A stretch of 63,657 bases of DNA, filler included, from Basidiobolus ranarum (GCA_040143965.1; 50 parts of 50 records of this genome joined end to end with filler, not necessarily neighbours in it); one strand, 5' to 3'. Numbered from the whole stretch's first letter, positions 1 through 12,542 are shown. Notes: generated from the letters alone by a model not told the origin. Made by a program: numbers and translations.

Positions 1-771
1 AGCAGGGTCTTGAACAAGGATGCACTAGTAGTGATTTAGCCAAGGATATTAAAAGTTTGTTGCCTATGCAGCCAAAGCTAGGGAAATAATATAAAGTATC
101 AGAAATATAACACCTATATGTCAGTACTTCCTTTGAGCTGGTCAAGTCCTATCTAGTCACACAGTAGCCTGTAACTGCCTCTAGTAGTCACTCTTGAGCT
201 TCCTCTTTAAAGGTCTTGTATGTGGTGATGAAAATAAGGGGTGATCACAAGAAGTAATTGTTAGTTGAAAACCAGGATAAATTTATTTGAAAAGATATGG
301 CTCCTATTTATAGTTTTCTGAAGGTAGAAATGATTACTAATAAGATTTTCTGGAAAGTTTCAGAGAATTCTATTGATGGGGATCTGGGGTTATGATATCA
401 CCAAAAATCATAAGAGTAGTAATCCATGGAATGTTCCAAAAGGATGTAGAATAATCCAGAAAGTCATGGCATGTTCCGGCAAAATCAGGGTTTTGATTGG
501 TCAAAACTCAATCAATCATCAAATATTCCAAGAATCTTGTGGAATGTTCTGGAAAATTGTATAATTCACCAGAAAATAAAAGGGCTGATGTGGGTTAATG
601 CTGATAAATCTGAAATAATAGGGGATAATACTAATGGTACAATATGATTGGCTAGAAAGTATGCGTAAGTCAAATATGGATAACAAAACAGAAATTGTGC
701 AATAGTAATGATAAGAGCTTGGAGTGGAAATAAGTCAACCTGCCAGTGGGTAGCAATACTGCCCCACTACA
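1..771. mobile_element. Long (~1.1 kb) LTR, family A (termini TGTAGT...ACTACA), partial
   Basis: Same sequence at 1660-2330, 2564-2922 and 60298-61010, and inverted at 3845-3996 and 19215-19476. Sharp ends are TGTAGT (60298) and ACTACA (771). TATAAATA lies on the minus strand at 305-312. Confidence 0.7.
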
Positions 772-812
772 ATGGTTTTCCTACATTAACAATCCTCAGA
801 AAACTGTTAGGG
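772..812 (-). repeat. CMC transposon terminus B fragment (…CTGTTAGGG)
   Basis: Reverse complement of the CCCTAACAGAAATTTGAGGATTG end, also seen at 37446, 39074, 44460, 51281, 51776 and 56342. Confidence 0.7.
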
Positions 813-1182
813 AAAATATTATGACTCTTATACTGTTCAGAAGGAGAAAGATTAAAGTTGGCCAGCAAGCCTTTCCAATGGCATATTTGTTTAATGAGAA
901 ACCATCAAGAGCCAATGCAAATGCAGGATCATATGCATTTTCAAAGAAACCTTGACTTTTCAGAGTCTGGGATTGATCCCCATCAAGTATATTAGTAACA
1001 CTATAAGCTTTATGGTGAGTACGTTGGTAATGGTTCAATGAACTATATTGGGTATTTTCATCAAAACTTTGAATGGTATGTAAGCCAAATATGAACAATA
1101 TTTACCTGATTCAGTGATTGCCAATTGTGGGCAAACAGTATATGACTTCAGGTTTTTCAGATCACCGGTGAAAGCCAAAGAA
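813..1182 (-). pseudogene. CMC/EnSpm (Transposase_21-like) transposase fragment
   Basis: ALALDGFSLNKY…ACWP motif with a frameshift; homologous to 5126-6305. Confidence 0.8.
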
Positions 1183-1282
1183 NNNNNNNNNNNNNNNNNN
1201 NNNNNNNNNNNNNNNNNNNNNNNNNNTTAATTAATTAANNNNNNNNNNNNNNNNNNNNNNNNNNNNNNNNNNNNNNNNNNNN
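1183..1282. other. Artificial 100-bp scaffolding linker (N44-TTAATTAATTAA-N44); first of 49 in the window
   Basis: Identical linker recurs about every 1.27-1.28 kb through 62389-62488. TTAATTAATTAA gives stops in all six frames, and contig lengths decline steadily. Confidence 0.98.
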
Positions 1283-1660
1283 ATATGTGCATATGTAGAG
1301 ACTAAACACAACAAGATTCTTGTATTTTTTGATTCTCATTATGGCTGGAATACAAAGCCTAAAATATCTAAATAAAGGCATGCATATTAATTCGAACTCC
1401 TACAGTAGTAAACCTAGTAATTTGCCATTCAAAAATTATATTTTTGCTAAAATTGCTGGATATTGAATAATGCATGCCAAATTTGAGGTTCAATATTTTA
1501 ACATGTAGGAATACTGCTAAGATACCGTCAAGAAACCGCCGTCACATCATCAAAATCCCTGGCAGAATGCAAGCCAACAACATTGTGACGGTTCTCTGAC
1601 ATTTTTGCCATTTTGAAGGGTGGATCCAATCCGGATCAAATCAGTTTTATTTTTGTTGGA
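1283..1660 (+). mobile_element. CMC transposon 3' end (transposase C-terminus, UTR, degenerate terminus A)
   Basis: Encodes CAYVETKHNKILVFFDSHYGWNTKPKISK*. Matches copies ending in TTTTATTTTTGTTAGGG. Confidence 0.65.
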
Positions 1661-2946
1661 GAATATAACACCTACCTCTCAGTACTTCCTTTGAGCTGGT
1701 CAAGTTCTTTCTAGTCACAGAGTAGCCTGTAATTGCCTCTAGTAGTCTCTCTTGAGCTTCCTCTTCAAAGGTCTTGTAAGAAGTGGTGAAAATAAGGGAT
1801 GATCACAAGCAGCAATTGTTAGCTGAAAACCAGGATGATTTTTAATTGAAAAGATATGGCTCCTTTATATACTTTTCCGCTGGTAGATATGATTACTAAT
1901 GAGAATTTCCAGAAAGTTGCAGAGAATTCTATTGGTGGGGATCTGCGGTTATGATATCATCATAAATCATAAGATTAGTAATTCATAGAATGTTCCGGAA
2001 GATTGTAGAATAATCCAGAAAGTCATGGAATGTTCCGGCAAAATCAAGTTTTGATTGGTCAACACTCAATCAATCATCAAATATTCCAAGAATCTTGTGG
2101 AATGTTCCTGAAGATTGTAGGATTTTCCAGAAAATATCAGGGCTAATGTGGGTTAATACTGATAAATCTGAAGTAATAGGGGATAATACTAGTAGTGTGA
2201 TATGATTGACTAGAAAATATCGGTAAGTCAAATAAGGATAATATAATAGAAATTCTGCAATAGTAATGATATGAGCTTGGAGTAGAAATAAGTCAACCTG
2301 CCAGTGGGTAGCAATGCTATCCCACTTCAACAGTGATATTCATATGTATGTCGTGGGATTGATTGAAATCCTGTATGAGAATGGATGGAGGGAGCAGCAT
2401 GTTGCTGTAGCTCAAGTACAGCATTCTGAAGGTCTTGTATCATTGTTGAGTGACTCTCTAACTNNNNNNNNNNNNNNNNNNNNNNNNNNNNNNNNNNNNN
2501 NNNNNNNTTAATTAATTAANNNNNNNNNNNNNNNNNNNNNNNNNNNNNNNNNNNNNNNNNNNNGTTATGATATCATCATAAATCATAAGATTAGTAATCC
2601 ATGGAGTGTTCCAGAAGTTTGTAGAATAATCCAGAAAGTCATGAAATGTTGCGGCAAAATCAAGTTTTGATTTGTCAAAACTCAATCAATCATCAAATAG
2701 TCTGACAATCTTATGGAATGTTCTAGGAGATTGTAGAATTTTCCAGAAAATAATAGGGCTAATGTGGGCTAATACTGATAAATCTGAAATAATAGGGGAT
2801 AATACTAATAGTGAGATTTGATTGGCTAGAAAATATGGGTAAGTCAAATAAGGATAATAAAATGAAAATTGTGCAATAGTAATGATATGAGCTTGGAGTG
2901 GAAATAAGTCAACCTGCCAGTTGGTGTCATGATTCTGATCATTACC

Positions 2947-3297
2947 TGATAAAAGTGTTTCGGAGACTTGGAAGTGTTTTGAACAAGATTTGGATTAGTG
3001 AATTGGACACTTGAAATTAATCAAATTGAATATGTCCTATTTGTAGTTACTATGAAATAGGACTATTGGACATGCTTAGATCCTAACAAACATGCCTGTT
3101 AAGTGTGGGTCCAAATTTGAGGTGATTTGGAGTTGTTTTGAGAAAATATTGAGAATTGGTAAAAGTGATCTTGTTGATATTTCTATCAATTAGAGCAATA
3201 AAAACATGTTTTTCAATGACAGAATTGTGTGATAAATAATCAGAATATGAATAAACCAACAACTAAATAATGAGTTGCTATTTACCTAATTTCAACA
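2947..3297 (-). mobile_element. Copia-type LTR (TGTTGAAATT…TTTTATCA on minus)
   Basis: Second copy at about 18270-18621. TG…CA ends and a 3' portion resembling the other copia LTRs here. Confidence 0.6.
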
Positions 3298-3996
3298 TGG
3301 TTGACCAATAAAGTGAACACTTCACATCTGAAGAAGAGACTGTAGATACAAACAAACCACAAACTATACCAGTTGAGCCAGCACATACCACAACACATTA
3401 ACCTCAAGCCACAACTAATGCTGGCCAAGGTAGAGAAACTTCATCAGGATCAAACCAACCAACATGGTGCAGAGTTTCAAGCAAATTTCCTTCCTTGGTA
3501 ATATCCAGGAGACAGCAAAAATAATAGAAGCAAATCAGCATGTACCACTCAAAACCTGGGCAACTGGTAAATGCTCTTGATAATACTTATATTATCCTAG
3601 CTTTACTGTTTAGGGCATCCTGCAAAATCAATATGGATTGAGGTTAAATATTGCATATTCCTTTATTCGGATTTTAGTGTTTTGGATTTCGGATTTCCGC
3701 AATGTGATGAAATATTCAAGTTAGCGGTACGCAAATGAAAAAAGNNNNNNNNNNNNNNNNNNNNNNNNNNNNNNNNNNNNNNNNNNNNTTAATTAATTAA
3801 NNNNNNNNNNNNNNNNNNNNNNNNNNNNNNNNNNNNNNNNNNNNCCCTTTCACAAAGACCCAAGAGGCAAGAGACAGACCCAAATTTCAGTACATCCCAG
3901 AGTTATTCAACCGTGGTTATCGCACCCTTTGGACACCTCACAAAACCCTTAGGATGTTGCAGTTATAGTTGCTGCTTACACCCTAAAACAACTACA

Positions 3997-4720
3997 CCAT
4001 GTATTAAGTTCTTCCCAGATATCTGCACGGTCAACACCAGACTGAACATTGAATGTTCTTCTTCTAAAGCCACTTTCTGCATACTTACACTGTGTCTTTG
4101 CCTTCATACTTTTGAAAATACTCCTCAAGCACTTGGACTTTTTTATACCACCTTTTAGTGCACAACTACTGAGGGTGCTTTGAGGTGTCTGTGCAGCTTT
4201 TTGCTTGCCTTTAACTTTGGGGCTAAGTTCAACACTTTGCAAAGTACCAGTTGAGGTTGGAGAGCCCTGAGTTTTACTTGCTGGTGTTTTGGCTTGTTGA
4301 GAAGGTGCCAGGTGTTGGATAAACTTCCAAATTTAGCACTCTTTCAGCTGGTGTACCCAATTCCATGGTGAAATTAAGCTTTTTTGCCAGTATATCTCAC
4401 TCTGGAAATACAGATCTTCATAATGGTGTGAAGAATTAATATATCTGCTGGTATATCTGACTATGGAAATACAAAACTTGTTGATGAGTGAACAATTTGG
4501 TAAGTGGGACAGTAGAGCCTAAACTCACTGGCTCCTTTGCTTTTCCTTTTGGTTTACTGATTTCCTGTGCCTGGAGTACTTCTTTAGCTGCTTTGCTTTC
4601 TTTTCCAAGCCAATAATAGCATACAATTTTGAGTTGTTTTATGAATAGACCTTTACTGACCCAATTGCTATTTGCTTGCAAAACCCAGGTTAAGCCACTT
4701 GAAATAAGTCAAGAACCTTC
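3997..4720 (-). pseudogene. CMC transposon ORF2 fragment (unknown protein)
   Basis: Homologous to 14085-15262 and 56343-57312 (VELSPKVKGKQKA…QSGVDRADIWEELNT). Confidence 0.7.
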
Positions 4721-5125
4721 TGTCACAATAAGAAACTGGACAAGGACTGGGAACAACAACAAGAGGCTAGGCCCATAAATATCATCAGCTGATACTGAGA
4801 CGGTGTCATAGATGAGTCAACAGGGGATTGACAAGATATATCCGGTTATGGATGGCAATTTTGGTTTATGATAAGCTGTTTCTAAGCAATTTCATTACAC
4901 CAAGTTGATAATCTGAAAAATTTAATGCAATTCAAAAAGCATTCAAAAGCAAAGTGAAAATGGGCTTCCAAGCCAAAGCCTCCCGCCATGAAAGGAAAAA
5001 AACCAGCAAGAACAGAGGACTTAATNNNNNNNNNNNNNNNNNNNNNNNNNNNNNNNNNNNNNNNNNNNNTTAATTAATTAANNNNNNNNNNNNNNNNNNN
5101 NNNNNNNNNNNNNNNNNNNNNNNNN

Positions 5126-6305
5126 TATATGACTTAGAATCCTTCAGTAATTACACTACCTTCATATCCAAATGGTTGTTTGGCTTTCACTGGTGATCTG
5201 AAAAACCTGAAGTCGTGTACTGTTTGCACACAATTGGCAGTCACTGAATCAGGTAAATATTGTTCATATTTAGCATACATACTGTTGATTACCCATCTTA
5301 AAGTTTTGATGAAATCACCCAAATATAGATCATTGATCCAATACCAAGGTACTCACCGTAAAGCTGATGGTATTACTGATGTACTTGATATATATCACTA
5401 CCGGAATTTCAAAAGGTAAGCTTTCTTTGAGAATACATATGATAATGCATTTGCATTGGCTCTGCATGGTTTCTCACTAAACAAATATACTGTTGGAAAG
5501 GCTTGCTGGCCAATAATCTTAATCAACTTAAATCTTCCTCCTTCTGAATGGTATAAGAGTCATAATATTTGATACTATCCATCATATCTGGACCTAAATC
5601 ACCAATTCCTATAGATAGTTTCTTGGAGCCTTTGATAGCGGAATTTGAACAGTTATCTAATGGGGTTCAGATGGGTGAATATTTTATTACTGCTAATATC
5701 ATCACATCTATTGGTGACACTCCTGCCATCAGTAAAGTTGGAGATTTTCATGGGCACAATGCACTATCTTGCTGTAGATTTTGTCAAATCAATGGGGTTT
5801 ACTCTAACAGGCATACTCATTACTACTATTCAAATACAACACTAAACTTCATCATTTTACTGTCAAGAGCCCGGTCAGATTTCAATATGTTCACTGATAT
5901 CAATTCACTAAATAGTCAGTCTAACATCAAACTTGGTATTAGCCATAAGCCTAAGATTACATTGCTAAAGGGGATTTGCTGGAGCTGGTGCTTCCTGTTG
6001 GGCACTACGTACTTACTATTCAACAACATTCCAATACTGCTTACCTGGCTTTATAGTGGAAAATTCAATATGAATAAACCATTTGAGATAGGATCAAAGT
6101 TTAAACCAATTGGGAAAATGCTTGAAAACATCAAGATACCATCATATTTTACCAGGACTACCATCAATATCCACTCATCTAGGAATTCATTCATATGCAA
6201 AGACTGGAAGTATTTGATTTGTATATATTCAAGTGGAATTTTGAAAAGATTTCTGCCTGATAAGTATTGGCAACATTGGGAGTTGTTTGTCAATATTGTT
6301 AATAT
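5126..6305 (+). pseudogene. CMC/EnSpm (CACTA-related, Transposase_21-like) transposase, decayed
   Basis: Motifs WPIILINLNLPP, LSIISGPKSP..IDSFLEPLIAE, GDTPA, GHNA..CRFC.I.G, FLPDKYWQHW; in-frame stop near 5417. Confidence 0.85.
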
Positions 6306-6405
6306 NNNNNNNNNNNNNNNNNNNNNNNNNNNNNNNNNNNNNNNNNNNNTTAATTAATTAANNNNNNNNNNNNNNNNNNNNNNNNNNNNNNNNNNNNNNN
6401 NNNNN

Positions 6406-7442
6406 TCAGAAGTAATAGGAAATGTTCTTTGTGGCTTGGAAGAAACTTGCTGAGATAGTGCTCTGGATCTCTTTGAGGTTGTGAATGGTTGAGTCTGAAG
6501 TACTTGAGAGTAACTCTGGGAAGAGACATGACAAGGTTCTTGAGAATTCTGTGTTTTCTGAGTTGAGAGTGGTGCAGAAATAGAGGTTGGAGCAGCAGTT
6601 GGAGGAGAAGATATGGCATGTGAGAGTGGAGAACATGAGAGTTGCAGATCTGAGAGTGTCACAAAGAGTATCCGGATTTGATCCTTGAGCATGGAGTTTT
6701 AGTTTCTATGTAGAGAAACTCTTTGTTCAAGGGTTAGGGTTAGGAGGGATGAAAAGCACCAGAAGGTGTAATCTTTATTTATCTCAAGTCATACAACACA
6801 AATATATAAAGAAGCCAAGAAAAAGTAAAAGTCAAAAGTTAATCTAATTAAGACCTATTTATTGCAGATTCCCAAACCTCTTTGTATAGGACAAAAGTTT
6901 GGGGATGGAGTACCTTAGCTTGGGAAATGTTGAAGTCTTTCATAAGTTTTGTAACAAGTGGAGAGGGGGAGTTTCTTAGAAGTGAAGTAAATTTTTTAAG
7001 CAGAGTGACCTTTAAAGAAAAGGGAACATGAAGTGAGGTACCAGCATTTTCTTTGAAGCAATGATCAATTGGCTCCCAATCAACCCTATCATGTACATCT
7101 TCAGAGAATTCTGAGACACTACACTTTTCAAGTATAATCTCAAGAGTGTGGTCATTCATATATCTCATGTTAATAATCTTATAATATCCATACCTTCTTC
7201 TCTGAAATACTTTCTGTGCTCTGATATAGGAACATATGGATCATTTGCAAAGTAGCAGACAGCCCATTTAGTTGTAGCAAGAGTATTAGCTCTGCTAGAA
7301 AACCTTCTTTGAGCAGGACAAGCAGGGTTTTTAGCTTTAGCAAAAAGGTGTAAAGTAGGGCTAGTAGATGACTGGGTCACTTAGGGTTAGGGGTATGAAA
7401 AGCACCAGATGGTGTGGACTTTATTTAGCTGATATACTAATC
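6406..7442 (-). mobile_element. Chain of 5'-truncated units joined through TTAGGG repeats (candidate telomeric retroelement)
   Basis: GGGTTAGGGTTAGG at 6731-6744 and TTAGGGTTAGGG at 7381-7392, each followed by the same ~55-bp motif. Minus-strand ORF remnants at 6406-6731 and 6848-7380. Confidence 0.5.
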
Positions 7443-7450
7443 AAAACTAA

Positions 7451-7585
7451 CCCTAACAAAAATAAAATCGTTTTGATCCGGATTGGATCCACCCTCCAAA
7501 ATAGCAAAACTGTCAGAGAACCGTCACAATATTGCTGGCTTGCATTCTGCCAGGGATTTTGATGGTGTGATGGCGGTTTCTTGAC
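7451..7585 (-). repeat. CMC transposon terminus A (CCCTAACAAAAATAAAATC)
   Basis: Same sharp terminus at 17173, 36573 and 51854, and inverted at 10745 and 13406. Confidence 0.8.
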
Positions 7586-7685
7586 NNNNNNNNNNNNNNN
7601 NNNNNNNNNNNNNNNNNNNNNNNNNNNNNTTAATTAATTAANNNNNNNNNNNNNNNNNNNNNNNNNNNNNNNNNNNNNNNNNNNN

Positions 7686-8749
7686 TTTTAGACAGGTCAA
7701 CGACCAGTATAATGTAACAAATATCCGTGAATCACAATAATAAATTCCCATGCATTTCCCTAACAACCCAAAGAGCCATATGATCATCCTAATCCAATAC
7801 CAAATAATCCCGATTAGAAACATTAGATCGAATTTATCCTTTCCTAGACTAGCAGTTGTATCTGAAATAACTTAATCGATAACAGTGGATTTATGTTTGA
7901 ACCAACAAAGTGATAAAGCGAGAGAGGAGGGTCAATCAGTCATGATTCTAATGTGCTCCTGATGAAGATTGTTTGAATATTTATACATGAGGATAAACGA
8001 TTCCAACATCAGTTGAACAGGGCAACACATAAATGAGCCGATACTATGGAAAGAAATGACCATTTAAGTTATACGGAGTAATATTTAACAGAATTACTAT
8101 AGCAACTTTCCTTGTTTGACTTGAAAGGCAAGTATATCAAGCCCTCTATTCACCCATAGCATTGAATGCTGCTATTCATGAAAGATGGCAATTTAGTCAG
8201 AAGAGCTTGTGTGACCATATCAAAATGATTATTATTTATACAATAATAGTTCACGATTCTTGCTTGAATAAAGATATAATATACTCAAATATTTCATTTA
8301 TTACGTGTATATAGTTATATATATATGCCCCTAAAATTAACACCGATTAATTTCTGAGTAATATCTCAACCAGAGTGACTAGGATTCTGGCAAATAAAAA
8401 TATTGAATTTGTCAATTTGTACTGAAATGCAACATGAATGAGAATTGCAGTAAAGATGTATACAATAGCATTTTAAATGAGCGATTACTAACTAAATAGC
8501 TTACCGTTCTCAAGGTGAATGAACAAGCAAAGTCCATCAGATTTCTGGTTCCAAATTACCTAACGAGCTATTTCATTTTCTTTGACCACGTTAGTTGGAA
8601 TATAACTATTAGTAAACAAAAGATTCAATGGATTGATATTCCATAAGGACGGCAATATGGCTTTTGGAGTTGTTAGGGGAATGCATGGGAATTTATTATT
8701 GTGATTCACGGATATTTGTTACATTATACTGGTCGTTGACCTGTCTAAA
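7686..8749. repeat. ~95-bp near-perfect inverted repeat (7686-7781 / 8655-8749) around an ~870-bp spacer
   Basis: Direct reverse-complement match; the left arm runs into the contig edge. Confidence 0.9.
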
Positions 8750-8965
8750 GATTCTAAAATAATACAGTATATATCTATCATAGGATGATTGATGATTACA
8801 TGTCATCTTGCTTCTCAACATCCCGGTTGGATGTTTCCGTCACATTGCGAGCGACAAACCAAGTGNNNNNNNNNNNNNNNNNNNNNNNNNNNNNNNNNNN
8901 NNNNNNNNNTTAATTAATTAANNNNNNNNNNNNNNNNNNNNNNNNNNNNNNNNNNNNNNNNNNNN

Positions 8966-10145
8966 TCTGGTGGAATTACAAAATTTAGTCCCAAAACTAT
9001 CTTGTTTTTGATCAACTTTTGCATATTTTCAGCTCCTAGATGACCCAATCTCCTATGCCAGATTTTCCAGTCTATATCTTCAGCTGTGGCAGTACTAACT
9101 TGTTCATATATTGGCATAATATAATGAAGTTTATACAAGTTATTTTGCTTAGCTTCAGATGCTACATAATTCCCTTTTTGATCCCTGATTGTGCAGCCAT
9201 TTTGATCAAAATTAAAGCTAAATCCTTCTGATGTAGCTTTAGTCATGGATAACAATTTTTTGCTATCCCAGGCACATATAGCATGTTTTTCAGTGTCAAA
9301 TATATGTCCCCAGGGATGCCCCCAAGATTCACTTCAATTTCTCCCACTCCCAGAGCTTCTAGTGGCCAGTCATCTCCCAATAAACCTTTTTGTTTCTGTC
9401 AGTTTTGAGTGTCTTAAACCAGTTTTTTTGATTAGAGAAATGTTGAGAGGCTACAGAAGCAATATACCATGTCCTACAGTCTTGTTCAGAGGTTACTGAT
9501 AGGGCAGAAATGAATGAAACTTTCTCTTTGGTTGAAACCTGATTTGCTTGTTCTGACTTCTCATTTTTGTTTTAATTTCTTGATTTGCAATCTTTTATCT
9601 AGTAACCTGGTTTGTTACAACCATAGCATAAACCTGGTTTCCTTCTTTTGTAACCTTTGTTCTTGCCAAAGCTATGTTTTCAAGCTTGTAAAAGAGCCAC
9701 TTCCTCAGATTTTTTTTCCAAATTCTTATTTCTGAGATGTTGATCCATTAGCCTTGCTACCACAAACTCTAAAGACAACTTGTCAGATCTTGCTTCCAAA
9801 GCTATGACCAAGTTTGAATACTGTTCTGGTAGACTACTTAGAAGAGTCATAAAGACATCTTTTTCCTGTAAAGTTGCACCAATGTTTTCTAGTTGTTTTA
9901 CCAAAGATCTCACATTTGCAATATGAGTAACCATGCTTTCAGACTTTTCCATCTTTTTATTGAAGAATTTTTGTCTGAGAAAGAGTCAATTAGCAAGACT
10001 CTTTGCTTCATAACATTCTTCCAATATAGTCCATGCTTGATGGGAAGTCTTTGCATATTGAATATTCACAAGTTGTGAATCCTTCAAACTTTGACAAGTG
10101 ACATTAAAGGCCTTCTTGTCTCTTTTCTTGTAAGCTTCCAATAAA
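8966..10145 (-). mobile_element. Ty1/copia gag-protease-preintegrase fragment, decayed
   Basis: UBN2-like LLSSLPEQYSNLVIALE, zinc-knuckle remnant, WHRRLGHLG; same family as 31960-33134. Confidence 0.9.
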
Positions 10146-10245
10146 NNNNNNNNNNNNNNNNNNNNNNNNNNNNNNNNNNNNNNNNNNNNTTAATTAATTA
10201 ANNNNNNNNNNNNNNNNNNNNNNNNNNNNNNNNNNNNNNNNNNNN

Positions 10246-10745
10246 ATGGAAATTTGCCAAAATCCAAGAGCTTATTCTCATTGTGAATGGTAACAAGAGT
10301 CAGCTATTTGCCAAGTGTCAGTGCTATTCAAAATTTCAGATGTTTAGCAATTTTTCATTGTTAGTTTGCTGGTAAAGTACATTGATGTGGTTGAGTTATG
10401 TCTAATCAGTCAAGTATGAGCATATGTAGAGGCTAAACACAACAAGACTCTGGTACTTTTAGATTCTCACTATGGCTGGAATACAAAGCCCAAAATATCT
10501 AAATAAAGGCACGCATATAAATTTGAATTCCTGCAGCACTAAACCAAGTAATTTGCCATTCAAAAATTATATTTTGCAAAATTGCCAGATATTGAATAAT
10601 GTATGCCAAATTTGAGGATCAATATTTTAACATGCATGAATACTGTCAGAATTCAAGCCAATGATATTGTGATGGTTCTCTGACAGTTTTGCTCTCTTTG
10701 AGTGTGGATCTGATCTGGATGAATTCAATTTTAGTTTTGTTAGGG
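10246..10745 (+). mobile_element. CMC transposon 3' end with terminus A, inserted in a gypsy integrase
   Basis: Ends …TTTTGTTAGGG at 10745, abutting integrase sequence. Confidence 0.75.
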
Positions 10746-11425
10746 ATGTGGCTTCAGTTCAATGGGAAGGATGCATTCTTGTTCATAAATCAGTCTGTTG
10801 AGTGACATTCCAGTTGTTCTCTTTGTAGTGATCCTGTCAGCCCATATTGATAAGTGTAGTTTTTGTGGCCAAAGTTGTGATTTGTCTCGGCTGAACTTGA
10901 CTATTGAGTCCACTAAGGGTCCATGTGCTCTCTTTATCATCCCATTTGCCTGTGGATGATAAGCTGTGGTATGTGCAATATGTAAGCAATACTTCAAGCA
11001 GAGGTCCTGGATCAGCTGTGACATCATCTCTCCTTGGTCAGCAGTGAATTGTCTTAGAGTTCCATATTGACAAATAATGTCTTCAAATATGAACTTCCAA
11101 ACTGTTTCTGCTTTGTTGTTAGGTAGAGCTGTGGCTTCCACCTAACCACTAAGGTCATCTCTGACAACAACAAGATATTTTTTGTAGCCAGCTGTAGGCA
11201 TATATACAAGATCAATTCCCACCCTCTGCCATAGTGTTGATACATAGATGGGGTAATGTGGTTCCTTGTATCTTTTGGTTGATCTCCTTTGGCATTCATC
11301 ACATGTCTTGACATATGCTTTGATATCCTGATATTGTTTGGTCCAATAGTATCTTAGTGTTGAGTTCTTGAAAGTAGCCTCTCTGCAACAGTGTCCTACT
11401 GGCTCTCCTTCATGGATCTCTTTAA
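10746..11425 (-). mobile_element. Ty3/gypsy integrase fragment, decayed
   Basis: H…H…YYWP…YVKTCDECQ zinc finger, GIDL, ADQGE, TTAYHPQANGMIKR. Confidence 0.85.
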
Positions 11426-11525
11426 NNNNNNNNNNNNNNNNNNNNNNNNNNNNNNNNNNNNNNNNNNNNTTAATTAATTAANNNNNNNNNNNNNNNNNNN
11501 NNNNNNNNNNNNNNNNNNNNNNNNN

Positions 11526-12542
11526 GCAATATTTACTTATAATTCCATACAAATCATTATGGTGTTTTGCCTTCAATTCCTTTGTCAAAATAATTTTGTC
11601 CAAACTTTCTATGGAGGGTTGTTCAATGGTGGGCAAAGTAGCCATTTTGGAAGTTGATGGTCCTGACAGTGTTTTGGTTGAACTTTGCTCAACTGTTGAT
11701 TTGCTATGTAATAGGGTGATTACAATCTCTTCACTTGCACTTTTGCTGGAGTGGAACACATCTGGTAAATTGATTAATGCTTCATCATTAGTGGAGTTAC
11801 TTTCCAGCATGTTAATGCCTTTCAGAGTAGATAGTGGATTGCTAGACTGCTCATCAATCAAGTCCTCTGTTCCTGCTTTTTTTTTCTTTTTTTGCCAGCA
11901 GGCTTAGGCTTGGAAGCCAATTTTGATTTAGATTTTGAACACCTTTAGAATGGCATTGAAGTTTTCAGGTGGTAAAATTGGTGAAATGCAATTGCTTGGA
12001 AACAGCTTATAATAAACCAAAATTGCCATCCATTACCTGAATATCTTGTAAATCCCCTGATGACTTATCCGTGACACAATCTCAGAATCAGCTGAGGATA
12101 TTGAAGGGCTATATCTGAAATACCACCCTTATGTAGGAGGTGATCTTTTTTCTACAATAACCTACTCATGCCACATGATAAACAATTAAAGAAGTCCTGC
12201 TTTTATTGTCACTAATTCTTGTGCTATGAAAGCTGGAGGCTTCATAAAAAATAATCGCCAGCACATTCACTGTACAAAGCCACAAACTGCACAATGCTTG
12301 GTATATAACAACAGTAATAAGTGCAATAAAGTTACTTTAGTTTTGCCCATTGAGTCCACTGAATGTACTTTGCCTCAAAGTTTTGGTTACACTGCCAAAA
12401 GTCAAGATACGGTGGAGTTACCACAGTTATATAACCATATTGATGTAAATACAAATGCTACATTGATCAAACCAGTAAGTCCAGACAACTTTGCGGATTT
12501 GCTGCTACATGTAGACCATGGTTATTCCAGTACCAATGGTAG
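11526..12542. mobile_element. CMC transposon centre: ORF2 5' part (minus) and putative transposase N-terminus (plus, ATG 12226), divergent
   Basis: ORF2 IDEQSSNPLSTL on minus. The MKAGGFIKNN region is fused directly to transposase core sequence at 28670-28720. Confidence 0.6.
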
